A stretch of DNA of 53,998 bases from assembly GCA_964399475.1 (NCBI GenBank), contig CAYNRB010000001.1, positions 1 through 53,998 of the forward strand. Reading direction: 5' to 3'. The notes beneath the pieces were generated by a model. That model saw only the letters and a program-made list of their open reading frames with translations. It made no database searches and was not told where the DNA came from. The stretch comes from an uncultured Methylomarinum sp. Its GTDB lineage: Bacteria; Pseudomonadota; Gammaproteobacteria; Methylococcales; Methylomonadaceae. A program made the translations under genes and the position numbers. Positions 10,066 to 19,804 of the stretch are shown in pieces (within the stretch, counting starts at the first letter, position 1; each line of letters starts with the position of its first letter).

Positions 10066-10521
10066 CTATGCATGAAGCTTGGGCAGTAACAATCCAGAAT
10101 TTTCAGGCATCTCATTTGCCTGGTTCGAAATTTGATTTGCAATAACCAATGCTTCTTCATTTGGAATCTGTCTGATCAGTTCTTCAGTGGTTGCATCAAT
10201 AACTTTGACGACTGTTTTGCCGCTGTCCGTATCAATATTGAATTCCAAGTTTCGATTGATTGATTGTACATAATTATTCAATTGTTGAACGGCTTCGTTC
10301 AATGATTCCTCAGACGGCTCTGATTTCTCTGCAACCTTATCAATTGCAGTAGATTTAAAGTCTTCCACTTTGTTTTCTACTTTACCCGTCCCAAATGAAC
10401 CTATTTTGCTATTGTCAGGATCCGTGTTGACACTCGAATTTTCTGCTATTTTTAAAATCGGTTTAAGCAATTCGGGTTTTACCGGACTGTATTGTGTATT
10501 AATGTTTATGCTCATGATCAC
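10066..10521 (-). CDS. flaG: flagellar protein FlaG
   Basis: 151 aa. C-terminal block LNEAVQQLNNYVQSINRNLEFNIDTDSGKTVVKVIDATTEELIRQIPNEEAL is the FlaG signature. Lies between a flagellin gene and fliD. Confidence 0.8.
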   Translation of the reverse strand: MIMSININTQYSPVKPELLKPILKIAENSSVNTDPDNSKIGSFGTGKVENKVEDFKSTAIDKVAEKSEPSEESLNEAVQQLNNYVQSINRNLEFNIDTDSGKTVVKVIDATTEELIRQIPNEEALVIANQISNQANEMPENSGLLLPKLHA

Positions 10522-10546
10522 ATCTCACTTTTACTGTAGGTGTTGT

Positions 10547-10581
10547 CTGATTCCTTAACCCAGGCCAGATTGAGGAATCAG
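10547..10581. repeat. 9-bp inverted repeat (CTGATTCCT / AGGAATCAG, 17-nt loop) between the giant flagellin and flaG
   Basis: Read directly from the sequence. No U-tract follows, so it is not a classical terminator. It may be an RNA 3' end or processing hairpin. Confidence 0.4.
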
Positions 10582-10605
10582 ATCCTTACTCTATTATGGA
10601 TTACC

Positions 10606-13600
10606 TTATCCTAATAGAGATAGTACACTTTGTGGTAATTGATTCGCCTGCGCTAAAATTGCAGTTCCAGCCTGTTGCAGAATCTGGTTACGGGTTAATT
10701 CTGCGGTTTCAGAAGCAAAATCTGTATCCAAAATACGAGATCTTGCCGCACTCAGGTTTTCAACACTGACAGCCAGATTTGAAATAGTCGAAGTGAATCT
10801 GTTTTGGATAGCACCCAATGATGCTCTGTTGCTATCCACACTGGCTATTGCCCCATCAACTATATCAATAGCTGCATTAGCACCTGCAACAGTCGATATA
10901 TCGAGTGAAGCAACAGACTCAAGGTCGCTTGAATTTAATATAGATGAATCACTTGCAAATAATCCGCCTTCATCGGCATCAAGACTTGAAGTAATATTAA
11001 ATGTACCCGCAGTAGATTTAAACTCAATGTTACCTCCAACCACCGTTGAGTCTCTATCTACACCTAATTCTCCAGTAGAGACTTTGACTTTAATGCCTTC
11101 AGACCCAGCCACGTCTAAAGAAACGACAGCATTAGTAGTCGCATTGGCAGCTGAGCTACTAAAATTTTCAATTTTAATATCCTCGCCTGTTGATTGCGTT
11201 AAAGTAATTTCAGTTTTAGTATTATTTAAAGTGGCAATAACTCCGGTTTTTCCTGATTGATCGTTAATTGCCGTAACCAGAGACGTATAATCAGTCGTTG
11301 TAATATTGGCTGAAACATCCGTTCCATTTAAATTAAATGAAGTAACACCATTAGTACTTAAGCCAGATAATGTTGCCGTTGTTTTGGCAGAAGCAGTGAC
11401 ACCTGTTGTTTCAGAAATAGAGTTAACGATGTCAACAATGTTTTTAGCTGATTGATCTTTTTGTATATCAATAGTCCCCGTTCCCGTCCCTGTCAGGGTG
11501 AGTGCTTGAGCTGCAACATTATTGCCTGTTGAGGTATCCGCTCCCCCCACACCATTAGTAAAAGTAACGTTGGTATTTGCCGCACCGTCAAAAATGCCAT
11601 CTGAAGATAGGTCTAGTGCACCTTCAGTACTATTGTCGGTAGCAATGCTAAAGCCATCAGCAACAGTCACTGAAAAAGAACTGACTTTTAATAAAGAGTC
11701 ACTACCGGTTGTTCCACCCGATTCAACTAATGATTTACCCTCAACACTTAAGGTATCAGTTTGGACATTCGTTGCTGAAATGGCTGATGCTGTACTACCA
11801 TCACTCACTGCCCCAATATTAGTAACCGTCGTTCCTGATGCTGAAATATTATCAAGCGTTGTGGAAATTGTAAAACCATCGGCTGTATCTGTACTGGTAC
11901 CTGTCACCAATTCAATATCTAAAGAAGCTCCATCAATACCAATAATTTCAACGCTATCACCAGCGTCATTCAAAGAAGCAGTAAATGTTTTATTGAAATT
12001 CGCATCAGCTTGTAAGGCAGCTAATAAGTTATCATCAGCTGTTGCACTTGATAGATAAGAAATTGTTCCTGCAGCAGCAGCCAAGGTAAAACTAGTTGTA
12101 TCCGTAGCCGCATCTTGTGTAAATGTATTAATTTCAATGGCTGCATTATCGAGTGTATCAAAATTTTCGACAGCTAAATTAGCACCGCTGGCACTGGTTA
12201 ACTTTTGAGTCGCATCATCATAAGACAAGTCTGAATTACCATTTGTATTATTGATACTTGAAAGTGCAGTTTGTACTGCTGCATTAAATTGAGTAGTGAA
12301 ATCTCCATTAGTTGGATCAGCGGTTGCCCCCGAAGCTGTTAAGGTAAAAGAAACGTTAGTAGGTGATGCCGAGTCCCCTGCATAAAGATCAAAGCTATAT
12401 TTGTCACCATGTTGCAAAGCTGCTGGGACTGTAGTTGCCGCAAAATCAATCTCATTGGCATCGGCTGTAGCAGTAACACCTTCTACAGCAGATAAGGCTG
12501 AGGCAATAGACGCTGCATCTCTGCTTCCAGAAGCGGCATCAATATTAACGGCTGTTGTTGCACCCGAAGCATCTGTTACGGTAACTGTTTGATCGGCTAT
12601 TTCAGCACCAATCAAAGAAGACACATCAGTACCTGTAGATAATGCACTCACTCTATCTAAAGTTCCATTGTCTGCATCGGTCTTAATATTTGTGCCAGGA
12701 TCTACAGTGATATTATAGGTACCTATTTGTAATGCAGCTGTCTGTCCTTCTTCCGTCAGATTTTGACCTGCAAAACCTAAGGAATCATTATTCTGAGTCG
12801 CTGTTATATTAGTCACAGCTACATTTGCAGTCGCAGCTTCAGTTATAGAAGCGGAGGCGACCGTTGTATTTGTACCTGCCGTCAATGTAAAACCCGAAGC
12901 CCTAACATTCGAACCCGCAAATTCACTTAAGCTTATCCCAGTTACAGCACCTGCCGCAGCAGTATTTGCACTAGTTGCAGTAATAACCACATCAGTTGTG
13001 CCACTTAAAGCCACTGAAAAATCGTTAGTACCCGTATTGTTAGCTAATGCCAAATCCAAAGCCGATTTTAAAGCATTGGCATCACCCTGCTGGGTGCCCG
13101 TTGCTGTATAACTGATATCATAGGCTTTAGTAGGATCAGATGTATGTGCTGCGCTCAATTTGAATGAAATGGTTTCACCCGCGACAGAGTTAAATTCTTC
13201 GATAGTAGCACTAAATGTATTATTGGTAGTTACCGTGTTAGCAGACGATAAAACACCAGTCGCACCTTCGGTAAGCGTCTGTGTGCTAGTACCTGATAGG
13301 ACAGTTCCTCCAAATGTGGAGCCTGCAGTAGATGTGATATCTACCTGAGAAGCCGTATTAGCATCATTGCCTGTATACGCAGTAATACCTAAATCTGTGC
13401 TAGTACCGCCAGCTGGAGTAAGTCCAGTCACAACTACTTTCTCACCTGTTGAATCAAGTGCTGCTGTAAAATTCGTACCAAAATTAGTATGACCAGTTAA
13501 TGTCTGTAACAGTGCTGTTGCATTATCGGCATCAGTATCGCCAGCAGTAAATGTACGAGTTTCACCATCTATGGCAAAAGAAATAGTTTCCCCTGAAACA

Positions 13601-14697
13601 TTGGCAAAATTACTAAAAGTGACTTGTGCATTATCTTCTACTGCCAGACTTTCAACCCCTAAATTGACCCCAGATGCACTGGTAATGGTTTGAGTTGCCG
13701 TATCATAGGATAAGTCGCTATCTCCGTTTGCTGTATTGATGTTACCTATGGCTGTTTGTATTTTTGCATCGAAATCACTGGTGTAGGTAGCGGAATCAAC
13801 AACCAATGAAATATTTTCTGGCGTGCCTCCATCTTTTGCTACCAGACTAAAAGATATTTTGTCGCCATTAGTAGATGGCGCACTAGTGTCAAAAGAAACA
13901 CTATTGGCATTGGCTGTAGCATTTACGCCGTTAATTGCATCCAGTTTAGTAGCAATGACCGAGGCATCTCTACTATCTGTTGCATCATTAATAGAAACAA
14001 TTGATGTTTGGCCATCTTTATCTGTTACGGTGATTTTTTGATCGACAAAAGCAGCATCAGTTAAAGCTTCTACCGTAGTATTGCCTGTACTCGCTTTACC
14101 ATTACTGGTTCCACTGGCATTAACAGAAAGATCGCCTGTTGCGACCTCTACGCCTAGAGTAGCATTGTCCGTGTTGAATTTTTCGATACCCAAACTATCC
14201 GAAGTAGATTTAGCAATATTAACCTGGATTGTTTGTCCTGAATCAGCGCCAACTTGAAATTGCTGTGCTTGGAAAGAACCATCTAATAATTTAATACTGT
14301 TAAATGAGGTAGTCTCTGAAATTCTATCCAGCTCTGAAACTAATTGGTTAACCTCTGATTGCAAGCTTAAACGGTCAGAAGAAGAGTTTGTGGCGTTAGC
14401 AGACTGTACCGCAAGCTCACGAATTCTTTGTAATATATTGGTACTTTCAGATAATGCGCCTTCAGCCGTTTGAGCCAATGAAATACCATCATTGGCATTT
14501 CGGCTAGCTTGACCTAAGCCTTTTATTTGTGAAGTAAGGCGGTTTGAAATTGCCAAGCCCGCAGCATCATCTTTTGCACTATTAATACGTAAACCTGTTG
14601 ACAGACGCTGCAATGAGGTAGCCAGTCCCATTTGCGATTTTTCCAGATTTCGTTGCGCATTGATGGATGGAACGTTGGTGTTGATACCTAAACCCAT
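10606..14697 (-). CDS. fliC: giant flagellin (1363 aa)
   Basis: Canonical flagellin N-terminus ([41 protein letters not shown]) and C-terminus ([38 protein letters not shown]). AGGAG RBS 8 nt upstream of ATG 14697. The ~1100-aa variable core has internal repeats and a flagellin-IN-like motif ([43 protein letters not shown]). Confidence 0.93.
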   Translation of the reverse strand: MGLGINTNVPSINAQRNLEKSQMGLATSLQRLSTGLRINSAKDDAAGLAISNRLTSQIKGLGQASRNANDGISLAQTAEGALSESTNILQRIRELAVQSANATNSSSDRLSLQSEVNQLVSELDRISETTSFNSIKLLDGSFQAQQFQVGADSGQTIQVNIAKSTSDSLGIEKFNTDNATLGVEVATGDLSVNASGTSNGKASTGNTTVEALTDAAFVDQKITVTDKDGQTSIVSINDATDSRDASVIATKLDAINGVNATANANSVSFDTSAPSTNGDKISFSLVAKDGGTPENISLVVDSATYTSDFDAKIQTAIGNINTANGDSDLSYDTATQTITSASGVNLGVESLAVEDNAQVTFSNFANVSGETISFAIDGETRTFTAGDTDADNATALLQTLTGHTNFGTNFTAALDSTGEKVVVTGLTPAGGTSTDLGITAYTGNDANTASQVDITSTAGSTFGGTVLSGTSTQTLTEGATGVLSSANTVTTNNTFSATIEEFNSVAGETISFKLSAAHTSDPTKAYDISYTATGTQQGDANALKSALDLALANNTGTNDFSVALSGTTDVVITATSANTAAAGAVTGISLSEFAGSNVRASGFTLTAGTNTTVASASITEAATANVAVTNITATQNNDSLGFAGQNLTEEGQTAALQIGTYNITVDPGTNIKTDADNGTLDRVSALSTGTDVSSLIGAEIADQTVTVTDASGATTAVNIDAASGSRDAASIASALSAVEGVTATADANEIDFAATTVPAALQHGDKYSFDLYAGDSASPTNVSFTLTASGATADPTNGDFTTQFNAAVQTALSSINNTNGNSDLSYDDATQKLTSASGANLAVENFDTLDNAAIEINTFTQDAATDTTSFTLAAAAGTISYLSSATADDNLLAALQADANFNKTFTASLNDAGDSVEIIGIDGASLDIELVTGTSTDTADGFTISTTLDNISASGTTVTNIGAVSDGSTASAISATNVQTDTLSVEGKSLVESGGTTGSDSLLKVSSFSVTVADGFSIATDNSTEGALDLSSDGIFDGAANTNVTFTNGVGGADTSTGNNVAAQALTLTGTGTGTIDIQKDQSAKNIVDIVNSISETTGVTASAKTTATLSGLSTNGVTSFNLNGTDVSANITTTDYTSLVTAINDQSGKTGVIATLNNTKTEITLTQSTGEDIKIENFSSSAANATTNAVVSLDVAGSEGIKVKVSTGELGVDRDSTVVGGNIEFKSTAGTFNITSSLDADEGGLFASDSSILNSSDLESVASLDISTVAGANAAIDIVDGAIASVDSNRASLGAIQNRFTSTISNLAVSVENLSAARSRILDTDFASETAELTRNQILQQAGTAILAQANQLPQSVLSLLG

Positions 14698-14812
14698 GAT
14701 AGTTCTCCTAATTTATTAGAAATCCGTGCACACTGTTTTGGTATGAATGCGCGGTGAATAATTTGTTAGCGTTGCCTGCTTTTAAACAGGTTTTTTGCTA
14801 TTCTCACAAACG

Positions 14813-14839
14813 TTAGCGTCTTGCTAACTGGAATCTTTA
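14813..14839 (-). promoter_or_regulatory. sigma-28 (FliA) promoter of the giant flagellin gene
   Basis: The minus strand reads TAAAGATT-N11-GACGCTAA against the consensus TAAAGTTT-N11-GCCGATAA (7/8 and 6/8, exact 11-nt spacer). It lies about 115 nt upstream of the start codon. Confidence 0.65.
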
Positions 14840-15044
14840 ATAAATTTTTGTTAATTTTTTTTGGGCTTAGGAGGATAAAATAATGACCACCATTTTAAGA
14901 TCAAGCTAACAACTGGGCTCAAATAACTTAAGCTACTACGGAACAGCAATAGCTCAAGCTATTACACCGCTGCCAAATCATCGCGCAACATCTTATAAGT
15001 ACCTAAGAATAATTATTTTAACAAAATATAGAGGGTACAATACC

Positions 15045-15125
15045 GTAGGGGCAATCTCTTGTGCTTGCCCCCTGTTACAATTTTCATATTCTCAACGCAA
15101 GGCAACCACAAGGGTTTGCCCCTAC
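15045..15125. repeat. 81-bp imperfect long hairpin (GTAGGGGCAA ... TTGCCCCTAC)
   Basis: Outer 10-bp perfect inverted repeat at 15045-15054 and 15116-15125. Inner arms CTTGTGCTTGCC and GGCAACCACAAG are complementary. Lies in the divergent flagellin/fliS intergenic region. Confidence 0.7.
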
Positions 15126-15263
15126 AAAATGTTAATTTAATTATACATATCTACTTATTTGTGAAAAAATAAGTTAAATTTAATTGATTCAAACTGAATC
15201 ATTGTTTTCAAGAAGTTACATTATTCTTGGCTACTGTTATACTTAAGGCAACAGAATTTAGGC

Positions 15264-15290
15264 TAAAGTTAGTTGATTTCATGCCGATAA
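15264..15290 (+). promoter_or_regulatory. sigma-28 (FliA) promoter of fliS-fliT
   Basis: TAAAGTTA-N11-GCCGATAA (7/8 and 8/8, exact 11-nt spacer), 42 nt upstream of ATG 15332. It lies inside the N-terminal extension of the track ORF, which argues for the downstream start. Confidence 0.75.
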
Positions 15291-15331
15291 AAGGCTTAGA
15301 TTTTGATTATAATTTTAAGGCAGGTATTGTA

Positions 15332-15874
15332 ATGAGTGCACAAACAAATGCAGCATTGAGTAGTTATAGTGATTATGGGTATAACACTGAAATTGATTAT
15401 GCCGATCCTCACCGCTTAATTCAGATGTTATTTGAAGGTGCTTTAAAGCGAATAGCCTTCGCAAAAGGTGCCATGCAGCGGAAACAAATTGCCGAAAAAG
15501 GTAATTATATTAGTCAAACAATTGATATTGTAGGTGGTTTAAGAGCCAGTCTTGACATGAAAAATGGCGGAGAAATTGCTGCTAATCTGGAATCACTTTA
15601 TGAATATATTACGCATCAACTATTAGCTGCGAATTTGAATAATAGCATTGAGATTCTTGATGAAGTAAGTGGTTTACTCCGTGATGTTAAAGTAGCCTGG
15701 GATGCAATAAATGCGCCTGCCGCAACGATGGAGAAAAAAGAGATTGAGTTCGAAAAACCAGTCAACAATGTTGAAATTAAGCAAACACCTGTTAATATAC
15801 CTGTGAAAGTTAACAAGCCTGTGCAAACCGTAAACGCTCGAGCCAACAAAGCATTAAAGGCTTACGCCAGTTAG
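15332..15874 (+). CDS. fliS: flagellin-specific export chaperone FliS with a C-terminal extension
   Basis: FliS core: ADPHRLIQMLFEGALKRIAFAKGAMQRKQIAEKGNYISQTIDIVGGLRASLDMKNGGEIAANLESLYEYITHQLLAANL. Start moved from TTG 15227 to ATG 15332 because of the AAGG RBS and the sigma-28 promoter at 15264-15290. Confidence 0.85.
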   Translation: MSAQTNAALSSYSDYGYNTEIDYADPHRLIQMLFEGALKRIAFAKGAMQRKQIAEKGNYISQTIDIVGGLRASLDMKNGGEIAANLESLYEYITHQLLAANLNNSIEILDEVSGLLRDVKVAWDAINAPAATMEKKEIEFEKPVNNVEIKQTPVNIPVKVNKPVQTVNARANKALKAYAS

Positions 15875-15875
15875 T

Positions 15876-16181
15876 ATGCCAAGTTCCGAATATAAAACTT
15901 CTGATATTTTGTTGCATACGCAAGAAATGATGATCAATGTTATCGAAGGTCAATGGGATCAGCTATTGGCAAAGCAATCCAGACAAGATCTAATGATCAA
16001 ACAGATTTTTTTTATATCAGATAAGATTTTTTCAGAGAGAGAGCAAGAAGAACTGGAAGAAGTAAAACGACTGAATCAAGAAATATTAAAAGCAACAGAA
16101 ACACACAGAAATGAAACTGCAAAGAAATTAAGAGATATGAGACGAGGGAAAACTAAAGCTCAGGCCTATCAAGCCTTATAA
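15876..16181 (+). CDS. fliT: FliT-like flagellar chaperone
   Basis: 101-aa helical protein immediately after fliS. The EGQWDQLLAKQSRQDLMIKQI block parallels the EEQWDELIASE region of enterobacterial FliT. Confidence 0.55.
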   Translation: MPSSEYKTSDILLHTQEMMINVIEGQWDQLLAKQSRQDLMIKQIFFISDKIFSEREQEELEEVKRLNQEILKATETHRNETAKKLRDMRRGKTKAQAYQAL

Positions 16182-16394
16182 AGACGTTTCAAATAAACTC
16201 TTAACTTGAGCTATAGTGCGAGTATGTTGGTCACGTTGCCGATAAGGGGTTTACGTGACCACCTATTCCGAAATGACAGGAAACGCTGTCACAGACTATT
16301 CCTACAAAACATATCAAGAATCCATATCTTGTAATAAATCCCTGACAAGAGCCATCGTGAATAACCTTTTTTTAAATTTTCAATGCACCCTCAC

Positions 16395-17192
16395 CTACAC
16401 TCTATTCAAAACAAGTTCCAGCACCAGTTTACTTCCAAAATAAGCTAACAATAAAAAGATAAAGCCTGTCAGAGTCCATTTGACAGCAGTCTGCCCCCTC
16501 CATCCATATTTCATTTTCCCGATTATCAAACTTGAAAAAGTAAGCCAAGCGACTATAGACAAAAAAGTTTTGTGGGATAAATGTTGGGCAAACAAATCTT
16601 CTAAAAAAACAAATCCACTGGCTAATGACAGGGTTAAAAAAACCACTCCCATAGCAATCATCTGAAACAATAATGATTCCATAGTCTGTAAAGGCGGTAA
16701 GGTTTGAATAAACCTCATTGGCGGATGTTTTCTTAATTGTTTTTCCTGTATGGCAAGCAATATAGCCTGCAATGCAGCTATGTTTAACAAGCTGAAGGCA
16801 ATAATTGAACTGAGCACATGCGTAGTCATTTGCCAGTTATTTATTATCAGGTCATGTTCTATTTCTGGAAAAAGCATGACTAATAATAATGCAGTAAAAG
16901 CCAAAGGAAATATTGCCAAGCCAAGTTTTTCAACAGGCTTGGTTAATGTTGCCAATAGCAACAGCAAAGCAACCAGAGACGAAATAACTGAAGCTGTATT
17001 GAATAAGCTAAAGTTAAAATTTGCTTGCTGATAAAAAACATTAACTGTGTATGAAAAATGTATAAAAACAGCTAACCAGGCTGTAGCAAGGGTAAGCTTG
17101 TGAGATGCGTTTGCTAGCGTATCTTTAATCAATAGAACGATACTGGTAAAATAGACGCAAAGACTGATGATTCCAAGTGTGGTGGGGCTCAT
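16395..17192 (-). CDS. cytochrome c assembly family inner-membrane protein (YpjD/CcsA-like)
   Basis: 265 aa and polytopic, with about 8 hydrophobic segments. Divergent from ffh, matching the conserved ypjD-ffh arrangement in gammaproteobacteria. Confidence 0.6.
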   Translation of the reverse strand: MSPTTLGIISLCVYFTSIVLLIKDTLANASHKLTLATAWLAVFIHFSYTVNVFYQQANFNFSLFNTASVISSLVALLLLLATLTKPVEKLGLAIFPLAFTALLLVMLFPEIEHDLIINNWQMTTHVLSSIIAFSLLNIAALQAILLAIQEKQLRKHPPMRFIQTLPPLQTMESLLFQMIAMGVVFLTLSLASGFVFLEDLFAQHLSHKTFLSIVAWLTFSSLIIGKMKYGWRGQTAVKWTLTGFIFLLLAYFGSKLVLELVLNRV

Positions 17193-17356
17193 GGCTTTAT
17201 TTTCTAGTGTCTTTTAATTTCATGGGTAACCATACATAAGTAACTTGGCATTTCATATGTTAATATATTGTTCTATTGAGGTATAGCGTTGGCAGCCAAA
17301 GTTGAGACAAATTATTTTCATAATATGCTGTTTAGGAAAACTCAAAAACCTTAATG

Positions 17357-17520
17357 TAAGGGAGCTGGAAAACAATAATCACCCATTATTGGGCAGGATT
17401 TTTGTTTGTCTTTGATCGTGCAGCAATAGGCGCATAGCAGGCTATGTAACTGTTGCTGCACGATCAAAGACAGACAAAAAGACCAGCAAGATTGGATGAT
17501 TATTTTTTTCCATCTCCCTA
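17357..17520 (+). repeat. long-hairpin repeat element (LHE) copy 1, MITE/REP-like
   Basis: About 164 bp. Outer arms TAAGGGAGCTGGAAAA.. / ..TTCCATCTCCCTA. Conserved bulge motifs TTGGGCAGGATTTTTGT and ACAAAAAGACCAGCAAGATT. Inner 24-bp stem and conserved apical loop GGCGCATAGCAGGCTATGTAAC. Confidence 0.85.
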
Positions 17521-17608
17521 ATAGAAATTATAGAGACATAAAACGATAGTTACCTCTCTATTCAGAATAATTAAATAGTAACAGTAAATTAACGATAAAG
17601 ATGCAGAT

Positions 17609-18964
17609 ATGTTTGATAATTTAACCGATCGATTAAGCGGCACCCTTAAAAATTTAAAAGGTCAAGGAAAACTGACTGAAAGCAATATCAAAGATACCTT
17701 GAGCGAAGTCCGCATGGCTTTGCTTGAAGCTGATGTAGCTTTGCCTGTTGTTACTGATTTTATTGAACAGGTAAAAGAAGGTGCGCTGGGTAAACAAGTT
17801 CAACTTAGCTTAAACCCAGGCCAGGCATTAACTAAACTGGTTCAGTCCGAATTAGTTAAGGTAATGGGTCAGGCTAATGAGGAATTGAATCTTAAAACCA
17901 ATCCTCCTGCGGTAATACTAATGGCGGGCTTACAAGGCGCAGGTAAAACAACCACTGTTGCCAAATTAGGTCGTTGGTTAAAACAAACTCAAAAGAAAAA
18001 AGTCGGCGTGGTCAGTGCCGATGTTTATCGCCCAGCAGCGATAAAACAACTACAAACATTAGCAGATGATCTCGATCTGGTATTTTTTGAAAGTGACAAC
18101 TCCCAAAAGCCTGTGGATATAGCGGTTAATGCAATTGAAGCGGCCAAGAAACAATTTCTTGATGTTGTTATCGTCGATACTGCGGGTCGCTTGCATGTTG
18201 ATGAAGAAATGATGGGGGAGATTAAAGCTTTACATGCCGCCATTAATCCGGTTGAAACATTGTTTGTAGTTGACAGTATGACCGGACAGGATGCAGCAAA
18301 TACAGCTAAAGCATTCAATGATGCACTTCCTCTAACCGGGGTTATATTAACCAAAGCCGATGGTGATGCACGTGGCGGTGCTGCATTATCCATCAGACAT
18401 ATCACCGGCAAACCTATTAAATTTATAGGTACGGGTGAAAAGTCAGATGCTTTGGAACCTTTTCATCCAGATCGTATTGCTTCCCGTATTTTAGGTATGG
18501 GCGATATGCTGACGCTGATTGAAGAGATTGAGCAAAAAGCAGATAAGAAAAAATCCGAAAAACTAGCCAGGAAAATCAGTAAAGGAAAAGGTTTTGATCT
18601 GAGCGATTTCAAAGACCAGTTATTACAGATGCAAAATATGGGTGGCGTTGGAGCAATGATGGATAAATTGCCTGGTATGGGCGATGTCTCGCAAGGCGTA
18701 AAAGATAAAATTAATGATAAAGAGTTAGCCCGACAAATTGCCGTAATCAATTCAATGACACTTAAGGAAAGACGCTATCCAGATTTAATAAAGGGTAATC
18801 GAAAAAAACGTATTGCGGCTGGCTGCGGACAACAGTTGCAAGATGTAAATAGAATTCTTAAGCAGCATAAAATGATGCAGAAGATGATGAAAAAGTTTGC
18901 AAAAGGCAATATGGCAAATATGTTGCGCGGTCTTAAAAGTAATATGCGTGGAATGAGAATGTAG
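17609..18964 (+). CDS. ffh: signal recognition particle protein Ffh
   Basis: 451 aa. Has the N domain, GTPase motifs (GLQGAGKTTT, DTAGR, TKADGDARGGAALS) and a Met-rich M domain (MQNMGGVGAMMDKLPGMG). Confidence 0.97.
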   Translation: MFDNLTDRLSGTLKNLKGQGKLTESNIKDTLSEVRMALLEADVALPVVTDFIEQVKEGALGKQVQLSLNPGQALTKLVQSELVKVMGQANEELNLKTNPPAVILMAGLQGAGKTTTVAKLGRWLKQTQKKKVGVVSADVYRPAAIKQLQTLADDLDLVFFESDNSQKPVDIAVNAIEAAKKQFLDVVIVDTAGRLHVDEEMMGEIKALHAAINPVETLFVVDSMTGQDAANTAKAFNDALPLTGVILTKADGDARGGAALSIRHITGKPIKFIGTGEKSDALEPFHPDRIASRILGMGDMLTLIEEIEQKADKKKSEKLARKISKGKGFDLSDFKDQLLQMQNMGGVGAMMDKLPGMGDVSQGVKDKINDKELARQIAVINSMTLKERRYPDLIKGNRKKRIAAGCGQQLQDVNRILKQHKMMQKMMKKFAKGNMANMLRGLKSNMRGMRM

Positions 18965-18985
18965 AGCAGACTTCAGTCCGCTATG
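18961..18985. repeat. short REP-like hairpin (GTAGAGCAGACTTCAGTCCGCTATG) overlapping the ffh stop codon
   Basis: Same family as 7582, 19361 and 30215. Possible terminator or mRNA-stabilising hairpin. Confidence 0.65.
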
Positions 18986-19140
18986 CTTTTAAGTGTGGAA
19001 TGAAAAAGAAATAGTAGAAGTTATTGAATATAATTTTAATCATAAAGTAAATCAGTCCTAGAGAAAAGCTGGTGCTACTCTTTATTTTACTTTAGTATTT
19101 TCATGGCATTCCATAGGTAATATTATGAGTTTATTATATT

Positions 19141-19304
19141 TAGGGAGCTGGAAATAAATAATCATCCATTATTGGGCAGGATTTTTGTTTGTCTTTGATC
19201 GTGCAGCAATAGGCGCATAGCAGGCTATGTAACTGTTGCTGCACGATCGAAGACGGACAAAAAGACCAGCAAGATTGGGTGATTATTTTTTTCCAGCTCC
19301 CTTA
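19141..19304 (+). repeat. LHE copy 2 (near-identical to copy 1)
   Basis: Aligns base-for-base with 17357-17520 apart from a handful of substitutions. Same orientation. Confidence 0.9.
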
Positions 19305-19360
19305 CTTTCATTTTCTGATTAAACATTATCCTTAATTTACAGGGTACATGTGACTTCATA

Positions 19361-19387
19361 GCGGACTAAAGTCCGCTCTACATGACT
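19361..19387. repeat. short REP-like hairpin (CATAGCGGACTAAAGTCCGCTCTACATG), inverted relative to the 18961 copy
   Basis: Reverse complement of the GTAGAGCGGAC..GTCCGCTATG family. Confidence 0.65.
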
Positions 19388-19547
19388 TTTCTGAGACTAC
19401 AAAGTGCACTCAAGCAGCCTGCTTTACTCCCAAACAATGCCCACAACAACTTTATTTATCTTTGATTTTAAATTTACCCTTCACATATCAAAAAATTCGC
19501 GTAGAATAGGCGGATTGAATTTTGATTGAATATTTTAAGGTATTTAC

Positions 19548-19799
19548 ATGGTAACTATTCGTCTTGCAAGAGGTGGTGCAAAAAAACGTCCATTTTATCA
19601 CGTTGTCGTTACTGACAGCAGAAACAGCCGTGATGGTCGTTATATAGAACGATTAGGTTTCTTTAACCCTTTTGCTCGTGGAAACGAAGAAAGACTACGT
19701 TTAGACGATGAGCGCATTGATTATTGGAAATCTGTGGGCGCCCAACCTTCTGAACGCGTTTCTAGACTGATAAAAGATGCTCATAAAGCAGTAGCTTAA
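19548..19799 (+). CDS. rpsP: 30S ribosomal protein S16
   Basis: [41 protein letters not shown] is the canonical S16 N-terminus. Confidence 0.97.
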   Translation: MVTIRLARGGAKKRPFYHVVVTDSRNSRDGRYIERLGFFNPFARGNEERLRLDDERIDYWKSVGAQPSERVSRLIKDAHKAVA

Positions 19800-19804
19800 G
19801 CATT

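Noticed and set aside
8117-14041. Many plus-strand ORFs of 60-178 aa antisense to fliD and the two flagellin genes, for example 8948-9421, 10793-11260 and 11522-12058.
   Set aside because: They lie entirely inside strongly supported minus-strand genes. They translate to low-complexity Pro/Ser/Val/Ala strings, which is what the reverse complement of Thr/Ala/Ser/Gly-rich flagellar genes produces. They have no RBS and no family resemblance.
15227-15331. N-terminal 35-codon extension of fliS starting at TTG 15227.
   Set aside because: The extension contains a near-consensus sigma-28 promoter (15264-15290) and has no FliS-like sequence. ATG 15332 with an upstream AAGG is the better start.
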